64,000 nt of DNA from an uncultured Chryseobacterium sp. (GTDB lineage: Bacteria > Bacteroidota > Bacteroidia > Flavobacteriales_C > GCA-002722245): NCBI GenBank assembly GCA_964406465.1, contig CAYORT010000012.1, forward strand, positions 7,653 to 71,652, read 5' to 3'. Of the stretch, positions 38,582 through 46,628 are shown piece after piece. The position numbers and the translations under genes are program-made. The first letter of the stretch is position 1, and each line of letters begins with the position of its first letter. A model generated the notes under the pieces. The model was not told the origin of the DNA and did not search any database. It saw only the letters and a program-made list of their open reading frames with translations.

Positions 38582-40276
38582 TTAATAGCGCAACAATTTT
38601 AATTGTTTGCTTTCTGTTTCGGTTTGTATATCAATGATGTAGAGGCCTGCAGCCAATTTATCTAATGAATAGCCAATGCTTTTTTGATTGTTAAAAGTGC
38701 ATTGGTCTATTTGCTTTCCGTTAATATCGTAGAGGTAAATGTTGCCAGATGAATAGGATGGAAATAAGATGGAAAGCGTGCCTCCTTGCATAAAATTGTA
38801 GCTACCGTTTATGGTTAGTTCGTTTACAGAACAAGAGCTGGGCGATAGTAATCCCCTTTCTGAAAGTCGTTTATAAATTTCGCAGTGGTATTTAGCATTA
38901 AATAGGGCGGTGTCGGCTTTTAGCAGGTTGATGGCAGCATCGGCCATGAATGTATTGGTACTTTGCATAAAAAGTGCTTCAAAAACCAGCTGATCGGTGA
39001 TGTTTCTACCTAAATCGGTATTAATTTCCATCAACACCGATGACCAGATCTCTCCGTCTTTCCATTGATTTCCGGTGTAATCATCGGGATACTGTTTGGT
39101 GCTGGCTGAGTTTCTTCCTTGCCAAGAACCATTGTTGCCATCCCAATTAAAGACTTTACTCCAGTTGTATTCACTAATACTTCTAGAATACGATGAGGCC
39201 AAATAATCGCCAAAACCTTCATCGATGGATTTTCTTTGTAAGCCAGCATTGCTAAATGGAGCGGCATTGGCCGAGATAAAATGACCGAACTCGTGCACCA
39301 CCACGTCGGCATCTTCGGCGTCATCGATACCTCCTTCACCAAAAAGTAGTGTGGCGGGTATTGTGTATTCGTCGAAAGAAGAATTTTCGGCGCCACTCCA
39401 TGCGTGGGCATCTATATTAAGGTAGTTGTTTACTAAAGAGGGGTATCCAATATTGGCGAGATAATCTTTACATACAGTAAGGTGGTAGAAGCAATTGATG
39501 TCTTCAAATCCATCTTGAGATCGGTTGAATTGAAAAGTATCTTTTACCGACGTGGTAACTGTTTTATTTGGAGCATCAAAATCTTTCATTTGATAGTATT
39601 GGTTTTCCAAATAGAAGGTGTCGTTTTGAAACTTAAGAGCAACAGTTTTAAATTGCAATTGGGCATCTAAAGAACTGTTAGTGCTATTGTTGTTGTCGTA
39701 ATAGGGTGCGCCATAATTTACTTGGGCGCTGGTAAGTGGGTCGGGATTAAAAACGGTAACAACAGCCGTGGTATCTGTTTTTCCCGAATAGCTGTGTTGA
39801 TCAAAAGTGTATATTTTTTGTCCGTTAAGATTTTCAAATACAAAAAAGTGATTCTCTATTTTTCTGTTTGCCGGTATTAAATTGTTTTCTTGTGGGAAAA
39901 GGAAGTCACATTTTGGAACAGGAAGATTTATATCGTTTTCTGAGAAAGTAAGGGATATTACATCCACCGAAGAGGTGTTGTTTAAGATATTCACTTTCAC
40001 CATAGAACGGTACACTGGAATATTAAATATTTGCTGGGTGTAGCAATAGTGTTTTCCTGCTTTGCTCTCTTTATAATACAGCAGTACAAGATTGCTGTTT
40101 TGAGAAGAAAGATTGTCGATTTTTGTTTCTAGATATTCTTTTATGCTTCTTTCATCAGAAGGAAAATCGCTTTTACTAAAGTGTAGGCGCTTTGAGAAAA
40201 CAGTGTCTATATAATTCTCACTTTCTTGGGCCGAAAGAGATAAGCTTAGCAATATGAATAAAACTACTTTATACAT
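38582..40276 (-). CDS. T9SS type A-sorted zinc metalloprotease (M36/M4-like)
   Basis: DADVVVHEFGH, SIDEGFGDY, GEIWS, and C-terminal IYLYDINGKQ...AGLYII. Confidence 0.85.
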   Translation of the reverse strand: MYKVVLFILLSLSLSAQESENYIDTVFSKRLHFSKSDFPSDERSIKEYLETKIDNLSSQNSNLVLLYYKESKAGKHYCYTQQIFNIPVYRSMVKVNILNNTSSVDVISLTFSENDINLPVPKCDFLFPQENNLIPANRKIENHFFVFENLNGQKIYTFDQHSYSGKTDTTAVVTVFNPDPLTSAQVNYGAPYYDNNNSTNSSLDAQLQFKTVALKFQNDTFYLENQYYQMKDFDAPNKTVTTSVKDTFQFNRSQDGFEDINCFYHLTVCKDYLANIGYPSLVNNYLNIDAHAWSGAENSSFDEYTIPATLLFGEGGIDDAEDADVVVHEFGHFISANAAPFSNAGLQRKSIDEGFGDYLASSYSRSISEYNWSKVFNWDGNNGSWQGRNSASTKQYPDDYTGNQWKDGEIWSSVLMEINTDLGRNITDQLVFEALFMQSTNTFMADAAINLLKADTALFNAKYHCEIYKRLSERGLLSPSSCSVNELTINGSYNFMQGGTLSILFPSYSSGNIYLYDINGKQIDQCTFNNQKSIGYSLDKLAAGLYIIDIQTETESKQLKLLRY

Positions 40277-40312
40277 TTTTGTACGATGACGTATCTCCTG
40301 TCATTTAGTTGT

Positions 40313-41182
40313 TTAATCAAATATAATTAATGCTATCGAAGCTATGGCCAGCAATATTCCAAGATAATTTATGCGACTCAATTTTTCCTTGAAAACAAAA
40401 TACCCCACTAAAGTGTTCACTACAATAATGCTCAAGTTGGCCATTGGAAAAAGCTTAGAGCTATCCCAGTTACTGGCTTTACTTTCTTCTAAAGAGGAAA
40501 GGAAAAAGAAGATGGAGAAGAAATTAGGAATGCCCAACACGATACCTGCGATGATATCACGTAAGGTGGGTACCGACTGATTTTTTATTGATGAGATTGC
40601 TAAATAGATAAAGCCAAGGGCAGCTGCTATACCAAAGGTACAACCCGTAAAAAATAAATTTTCTCCTTCGGGAATGTAATAGGTTTGTCCCAGATGCAGA
40701 ATAATATCAATTGCCAATCCGGCAAAGAAAAGCAGCAGCGGCAATTTCAATTTTTTACTTTCAATTTTTTGATCACCCAGGCCAGAGCTCAATACTACTG
40801 CAACTATGGCCAATACCACACCCAGATTTTGCAGTACGGTATATTCTTCGTTCAAAATAAAAATACCATAGATGATCGGACCAACAAAAGACATCTTGTT
40901 GGCAACGCTACTCACTGCCACGCCGGCCTCTTGCGAAGACCTTCCCATGATGTTGAAAGAAACGATGAAAATTAATCCCAACAATGCTGCAAGCCAATTC
41001 CATTCAGAACTTTTGAACTCGGTGATTAAAACGCCGTTACTCATCATAAAGGCAAGTAGAAATGCTGTGATGTAATTGAATACAATGGCATTGAAAGTAT
41101 TGATGCGGAATCTTTCAAAAAGCTTGAAAGCAGTGAAGAGAAAGGAAGAGCATAAAACGCCCACAAAGAGATAAAAATACAT
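40313..41182 (-). CDS. EamA/DMT family transporter
   Basis: About 10 TM helices in two repeats; KEKLSRINYLGILLA. Confidence 0.85.
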   Translation of the reverse strand: MYFYLFVGVLCSSFLFTAFKLFERFRINTFNAIVFNYITAFLLAFMMSNGVLITEFKSSEWNWLAALLGLIFIVSFNIMGRSSQEAGVAVSSVANKMSFVGPIIYGIFILNEEYTVLQNLGVVLAIVAVVLSSGLGDQKIESKKLKLPLLLFFAGLAIDIILHLGQTYYIPEGENLFFTGCTFGIAAALGFIYLAISSIKNQSVPTLRDIIAGIVLGIPNFFSIFFFLSSLEESKASNWDSSKLFPMANLSIIVVNTLVGYFVFKEKLSRINYLGILLAIASIALIIFD

Positions 41183-41193
41183 GTTGGCAAGTT

Positions 41194-41273
41194 AAAAGTA
41201 AAAAGGCAAAAGGCAAAAAAAGTTAGTTATATAATGTGTTTGCAGTGCTTTTGGCTTTTGCCTTTTTACTTTT
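41194..41273. repeat. Inverted repeat built from 7-nt units (ggcaaaa / ttttgcc)
   Basis: aaaagtaaaaaggcaaaaggcaaaa (41194-41218) versus ttttggcttttgcctttttactttt (41249-41273): 24/25 complementary. Confidence 0.85.
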
Positions 41274-41284
41274 TACATTTACCC

Positions 41285-42031
41285 ATGCGCTTTTTTATTC
41301 ATCTATCTTATTGTGGAACGGCTTATCATGGTTGGCAAAAACAACCTAATAATACCACCGTGCAAGAGAAATTAGATTTTTGCTTAAGCAAGCTCGTTGG
41401 TGAAGAAATAGAAACTTTGGGTTGCGGAAGAACCGATAGTGGAGTGCATGCCACCGATTTCTACGCTCATTTTGATGTAGCAGAACAGAAATTTGAAGAG
41501 CACGATTTGGCTTTTCGACTCAATAGATTTTTACCGAAGGATATTGCTGTGAAAAAGATATTTAAGGTAAACGACGATTTTCATGCGCGTTTCGATGCTA
41601 AATGGCGCGAATATGAGTATTGGATTACCTTTAAGAAAGATGCATTTTTAATTGATAGAGCATTACAGGTTCCACCAATTTTAGATGTGAAAAAAATGCG
41701 TGAAGCCGCTTCGTTATTGCTTGATTATACCGATTTTCAGTGCTTTTCAAAAGTACATACCGATGTAAATAATTTCAACTGTACAGTTCATCTTGCCGAA
41801 TTTGAACAAAGAGGTGATTTGTTGGTTTTTAAAATAAGAGCCAATAGATTCTTAAGAAATATGGTAAGAGCAATTGTGGGTACACTGTTAGAGGTAGGTA
41901 AAGGAAATGTAAGTATTGATGATTTTAAAAAGATAATTGAGTCGAAGGATAGAAGAGAAGCCGGCTCATCTATTGATGCGCATGCTTTATATCTCAGTAA
42001 GGTGGAGTATGATTTTAATTCAAATAATTAA
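41285..42031 (+). CDS. truA: tRNA pseudouridine(38-40) synthase
   Basis: GTAYHGWQKQ, GCGRTDSGVHA, FHARFDA and ANRFLRNMVRAIVG. Start set at ATG 41285. Confidence 0.97.
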   Translation: MRFFIHLSYCGTAYHGWQKQPNNTTVQEKLDFCLSKLVGEEIETLGCGRTDSGVHATDFYAHFDVAEQKFEEHDLAFRLNRFLPKDIAVKKIFKVNDDFHARFDAKWREYEYWITFKKDAFLIDRALQVPPILDVKKMREAASLLLDYTDFQCFSKVHTDVNNFNCTVHLAEFEQRGDLLVFKIRANRFLRNMVRAIVGTLLEVGKGNVSIDDFKKIIESKDRREAGSSIDAHALYLSKVEYDFNSNN

Positions 42032-42034
42032 TTT

Positions 42035-42817
42035 ATGATTCAAAGAATTTCGTCTGTTTTTATGTTAGCTTTTGCTTTGGCAATAGTATTTTCCTGCACC
42101 CCAAAACAAGAAGGTCCGGCACTTGAAGAGAAAGAATCTACGGTTAACGTGAGTGGTTACAAAGACGAACAAGGCAATTTGCAATGGGTTCGTGTAGACA
42201 ATGGTGAACAAATAGAAATTATAGCAGCGAGTGACTCAGCTAAGCTTCCCGATTCATTAAAGAACGAAGGGGTTATGCTAGAGTTTATTGGTAACTATTA
42301 CAAAGAAAAACAACCTTTTGTGGTGCAAGGTGATACCTTTTTATATAAAACCATTTTGTACAAATCTTTTACCTTTAAAGGAAGAAGTAAACAAAATGAT
42401 GATGCGCCAGTTTCGGCCAACACCGTTTTACCTTTGTCGCAAATTGATACCAACAATTTCTTTCAATCTTTTGTGGCTTATGTGCAAAATGGAAACATCT
42501 ATGATATGATGCATTTTTATGATTCTGCTTATTATCAGCGCCGCTGTGTGCAAGGTTTGAACAACGATACAGCAAAATGCATGAATGAGCAGTTTTGTGG
42601 TGAATTTATTAAGGGGAGTGATGCCGGATTAAAGCGCGGTTGCATGGATTTTATAGATATAGAGAGTATCGAATTTTTGGGCATAAGCAATGAAATGGAT
42701 GAGAATATTGCCAATTATAAAATTTCTTCTGCCGATGGAAGAGTAATAAAAATGAGAATGTTTTATCGCAAGAAGATCAATGGGAAGAAAGTAAGTTATG
42801 GTTTTATTGGTAATTGA
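42035..42817 (+). CDS. Hypothetical lipoprotein
   Basis: Lipobox-like IVFSC; 260-aa ORF. Confidence 0.7.
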   Translation: MIQRISSVFMLAFALAIVFSCTPKQEGPALEEKESTVNVSGYKDEQGNLQWVRVDNGEQIEIIAASDSAKLPDSLKNEGVMLEFIGNYYKEKQPFVVQGDTFLYKTILYKSFTFKGRSKQNDDAPVSANTVLPLSQIDTNNFFQSFVAYVQNGNIYDMMHFYDSAYYQRRCVQGLNNDTAKCMNEQFCGEFIKGSDAGLKRGCMDFIDIESIEFLGISNEMDENIANYKISSADGRVIKMRMFYRKKINGKKVSYGFIGN

Positions 42818-42886
42818 TGAAGCCTAAATAATTCATCTTGCATTTCTTAAGTATTTGTTTTTCATTTGTTTAAGTTGTTTCTGTTG

Positions 42887-42916
42887 AAAGGGTGGTAATG
42901 CATTATACCACTTTTT
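42887..42916 (+). terminator. Probable intrinsic terminator
   Basis: gtggta...taccac stem followed by ttttt. Confidence 0.55.
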
Positions 42917-42944
42917 AGGTATTGTACCCCCCACGCCCCCTAGA

Positions 42945-42952
42945 TATATTTG
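42945..42952 (+). promoter_or_regulatory. -7 box for the DUF4856 operon
   Basis: TATATTTG, 92 nt upstream of the ATG. Confidence 0.6.
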
Positions 42953-43043
42953 TTGCGTAAAAAAGGGAAACCCTACAAAAAGTGTTCGAAGCACTAATCA
43001 AGGATTTCCCATCATTATTAATCGAACAATAAAAATACAAAAA

Positions 43044-44201
43044 ATGCAAACACTCGTTTCAAAAACTTTCATCAAAGGTGCCATGATGGCTTCCCTGTCG
43101 CTGGTTTTAATGTCTACATCTTGCAAAAAAGAAAAGAATACCGACGACACAAACAATAAAACTACATACACTATTCCTTCTACATATACCTTTACAAGAG
43201 GTGATTCATCTTCGGTGGATTATGCCGGACAAACAGATCGTATCAATCAGTTGGTTGAGTTGAACACTAAATTAAAAACAGGCGATGCCGGACAAGTACT
43301 AAGCGCTCAGGTGTTAAATGATATGTTCGCAAACACTGGCGGAAACGGTGGGGGTAATTTTTCATTTTCTTCAACTCGTCAGCTTAAAGATAAATGCTTC
43401 TCATTAGATGTTTCAATTTATACCAGCTTGTATGATTCTGCGGCTCTAGCTAGTGATAGTGGTGCTGTTGGAGCGCTTGCGGCAAACGGTAAAGCAGGCT
43501 TAATTACAAGAAGTAATAATGCCACTATATTAGTAGATAGAAATGGTTTTGAATTCACCCAAGTGAACCAAAAAGGTTTGATGGGAGCGGTTTTTCTATA
43601 CAGAATTTTTAACGACTATCTAGCCGATTCTAAAATTGGAGATGCCGTTGATAACACAAATCTTGTTCCTGGTAAAAACTATACTGCTATGGAGCATGCT
43701 GCCGATGAAGCTTTTGGTTATTTTGGAGCTACTGCCGATTTTAAATCAAATTACACAGGTTCTGGTATCCAAAGATATTGGGCAAGTTACAGTAATGAGT
43801 TAGATCCAGTTTTAGGATGCAATGATAAAATTATGACTGCTTTTAGAACAATGAGAGCTGCAATTACTAATAAAGATATGGTTACCAAAAATCAACAAAG
43901 AGAGATTCTCTATGTTGAATTAGAGAAACTTGTTGCAGCTTGCATTATTCACTATGCTAATGAAGCATTAGCGGAGACAAATCAAGGAAATTTGTTGCAT
44001 GAACTTTCTGAAATGTATGGTTTTATGCAAGGATTGAAATATAACACTGTTGAGAAAAGAAAAATTACCAATAGTGAATTAACAGTATTGTTTAATCATT
44101 TAGGTACCAATTTGTGGAATGTTAGTACTCAAGGGTTGAATGCTATTAAAGATGATTTGGCTGCTAGATACGGTTTAGAGTCGGTAAAAAATACACTGTA
44201 A
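43044..44201 (+). CDS. DUF4856 domain lipoprotein
   Basis: Lipobox MSTSC, Y.F.R...SSV.Y.GQ, KGLMGA, EHA.DEAFGYFG and HELSEMYGF. Confidence 0.85.
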   Translation: MQTLVSKTFIKGAMMASLSLVLMSTSCKKEKNTDDTNNKTTYTIPSTYTFTRGDSSSVDYAGQTDRINQLVELNTKLKTGDAGQVLSAQVLNDMFANTGGNGGGNFSFSSTRQLKDKCFSLDVSIYTSLYDSAALASDSGAVGALAANGKAGLITRSNNATILVDRNGFEFTQVNQKGLMGAVFLYRIFNDYLADSKIGDAVDNTNLVPGKNYTAMEHAADEAFGYFGATADFKSNYTGSGIQRYWASYSNELDPVLGCNDKIMTAFRTMRAAITNKDMVTKNQQREILYVELEKLVAACIIHYANEALAETNQGNLLHELSEMYGFMQGLKYNTVEKRKITNSELTVLFNHLGTNLWNVSTQGLNAIKDDLAARYGLESVKNTL

Positions 44202-44202
44202 T

Positions 44203-45291
44203 ATGTTGAATAGAATACTTGGAATATTTGTTTGTGCGCTGCTCTTATTTTCATGCAGACCAAAACCAAAAGAAGAAGAGAAGACTTTTGATTTAAAAGG
44301 TATGCTGAGTAATGTTGGCAACAACATCATCGTGCCCGCTTATCAAGATTTGAAAAGCCAAACCAATATTCTAAGTATTGCTACAGATACATTTGTTAAA
44401 ACTCCCAATGCTCAAAATTTAGCCGATTTGCAGCTCGTTTTTAAAAATGCCTATTTGAGTTGGCAAGCTTGTGATGTTTATGATTTTGGTCCGGCTATGG
44501 ATCATGCTCTTCGCGCCAACTTTAATGTGTATCCAGTAGATACTACTAAAATCACCAACAACATTGCTACTGGTTCATTTAATTTAGACATACTTTCTAA
44601 CAGTGATGCAAAAGGTTTTCCTGCCATTGATTTTTTGCTGTATGGCGAAAAAAACGATGCTAATTACACAATTTATCTGTTTACTTCACATACCAATGCT
44701 GACAACAGAAAACAATATTTAAAAACTTTAGTGCAGGCTATTGCCACCAAATCAGCAGCAGTTGCCGATGCTTGGAATGCATCATACCTCAATACTTTTA
44801 CTACTAGTTTAGGCTATAGTGTTGGTAGTTCTGCCGGACTTCTGGTAAATGCCATGAATTCATATTACGAGCGTTATCTTAGAGATGGAAAACTAGGTAT
44901 ACCAGTAGGTATTCGCTCTTTGGGTGTTGCTTTGCCTCGACAAACAGAGGCTTATTATGGAGGCTTTTCTGCTGAACTCTTAAATGCCTCACTCAAGGCT
45001 TTTCAAGATTTGTATTTAGGTAAATATGGGTCGACGAACGGACTAGGACTAGACGATCATTTGGTAGCTTTTGACGGGAGTGCGATCGATGAAAATATTA
45101 GAAATTATTTGGCAGATGCTATTATCGCATCAAATACACTCACCGATCCGCTATCGCAACAAATCATCAATAATCAAACTTCAGTGGAAGCAGTGTATTC
45201 TAAACTTCAAAAGGTGATTATCCCTTTAAAAGTGGATATGCCTTCAAAATTAGGAATTCTTATTTCTTACCAAGATAACGACGGAGATTGA
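44203..45291 (+). CDS. Imelysin family lipoprotein
   Basis: NNIIVPAY, AYLSWQ...FGP, KGFPAIDFLLY, RDGKLGIP and ISYQDNDGD. Confidence 0.88.
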   Translation: MLNRILGIFVCALLLFSCRPKPKEEEKTFDLKGMLSNVGNNIIVPAYQDLKSQTNILSIATDTFVKTPNAQNLADLQLVFKNAYLSWQACDVYDFGPAMDHALRANFNVYPVDTTKITNNIATGSFNLDILSNSDAKGFPAIDFLLYGEKNDANYTIYLFTSHTNADNRKQYLKTLVQAIATKSAAVADAWNASYLNTFTTSLGYSVGSSAGLLVNAMNSYYERYLRDGKLGIPVGIRSLGVALPRQTEAYYGGFSAELLNASLKAFQDLYLGKYGSTNGLGLDDHLVAFDGSAIDENIRNYLADAIIASNTLTDPLSQQIINNQTSVEAVYSKLQKVIIPLKVDMPSKLGILISYQDNDGD

Positions 45292-46628
45292 TGAACAAGT
45301 TCTTGGCCTATATTCAAAAGCCGGTTCACATTGCGCCTTTGGCCATTTTTAGAGTATTGTTTGGTGGTATGATGTTTTTTAGCATCGTTCGTTTTGCTGC
45401 CAAAGGTTGGATTTACGATTTGTATATAAAGCCTTCTTTTTACTTCACCTACATGGGCTTTTCATGGGTAAAGCCATTGGGAGAGTGGGGAATGTACCTC
45501 GTTTTTATTGCGCTAGGTTTAAGTTTTTTATTGGTGATGTTGGGCGCCTTTTATCGCGTTGCTAGCATCAGTGCTTTTGTGCTCTTTACATATGTGGAAT
45601 TGCTTGATAAAAGCAATTATCTTAATCATTATTACTTCATAAGTATTGTAAGTTTTGTTCTCTGCTTTTTGCCGGCACATCGATTTTTTTCGTTCGATGT
45701 TTGGCGTAAACCTTCTCTTAAAGTTTCTCATGTTCCTTTTTGGATGACCGCGGCGATAAAGCTTCAGTTGGGAATGGTTTATTTTTTTGCTGGTGTTGCC
45801 AAAATCAATGCCGATTGGTTGTTTAATGCTATGCCGTTGCGCCTTTGGTTGCCAGCGCGTGGTGATATGCCGGTAATCGGATTTCTATTTCAATACTCGT
45901 GGATTGCCTATTTCTTTAGTTGGTTTGGTTGTGTTTACGACCTCAGCATTCCATTCTTTTTGTGCTTTAAAAAGACAAGAACTTGGGCATATGTTTTTGT
46001 GATTTTGTTTCATGTGCTAACAGGAATGCTGTTTTACATAGGCATGTTTCCTTATATCATGATAGTATCGACATTAATATTTTTTGAAGAGGAATTTCAT
46101 CTTAAAATCATTGATAAGTTTAACGCTCTGTTTCGAATTAAATCTAGTGAAGTTAGCTTGGTACTGCCCCAACAGCATTTGTGGCTGCGCAACTTTTTAC
46201 TGTTCTTTTTTACCATTCAAATCATCTTGCCTTTTCGTTATGCAGCCTACAGTGGTAAGCTTTTTTGGAATGAAGAAGGTTTTAGGTTTTCATGGAGAGT
46301 AATGTTGATGGAAAAAGGTGGTTATGCTATTTTTAAGGTGCACGATAAAGACAGCGGTAGAAGATGGGAGGTGCGCAATTACGATTATCTTACTCCTGTG
46401 CAAGAAAAGATGATGAGCACTCAGCCCGACATGATTTTACAATTTGCTCACTTTTTGGCCGAAAAATACCGCAAAAATGGTATGCCCAACGTGGAGGTGA
46501 AAGTAGAATGTTATGTAACTTTGAACGGCTCACCCAGCAAGCTTTTAATTAATCCCGAGGTTGATTTAACCAAGGTGAATGAAAGCTTTAAAGAACGCGA
46601 TTGGGTGTTGCCTTTTGAAGCAGAATGA
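45288..46628 (+). CDS. HTTM domain (vitamin K-dependent carboxylase-like) membrane protein
   Basis: FRVLFG, YLNHYY, VYFFAGVAK...DWL, FSWRVML.EK and QPDMILQFAHFL. Confidence 0.88.
   Translation: MMNKFLAYIQKPVHIAPLAIFRVLFGGMMFFSIVRFAAKGWIYDLYIKPSFYFTYMGFSWVKPLGEWGMYLVFIALGLSFLLVMLGAFYRVASISAFVLFTYVELLDKSNYLNHYYFISIVSFVLCFLPAHRFFSFDVWRKPSLKVSHVPFWMTAAIKLQLGMVYFFAGVAKINADWLFNAMPLRLWLPARGDMPVIGFLFQYSWIAYFFSWFGCVYDLSIPFFLCFKKTRTWAYVFVILFHVLTGMLFYIGMFPYIMIVSTLIFFEEEFHLKIIDKFNALFRIKSSEVSLVLPQQHLWLRNFLLFFFTIQIILPFRYAAYSGKLFWNEEGFRFSWRVMLMEKGGYAIFKVHDKDSGRRWEVRNYDYLTPVQEKMMSTQPDMILQFAHFLAEKYRKNGMPNVEVKVECYVTLNGSPSKLLINPEVDLTKVNESFKERDWVLPFEAE

Noticed and set aside
42958-43010. Cobalamin riboswitch upstream of the TonB-receptor operon
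   Set aside because: Only aaaagggaa is present. The ggtg/aatcc, ctgccc, actgta and gccactg blocks are absent and the leader is too short.
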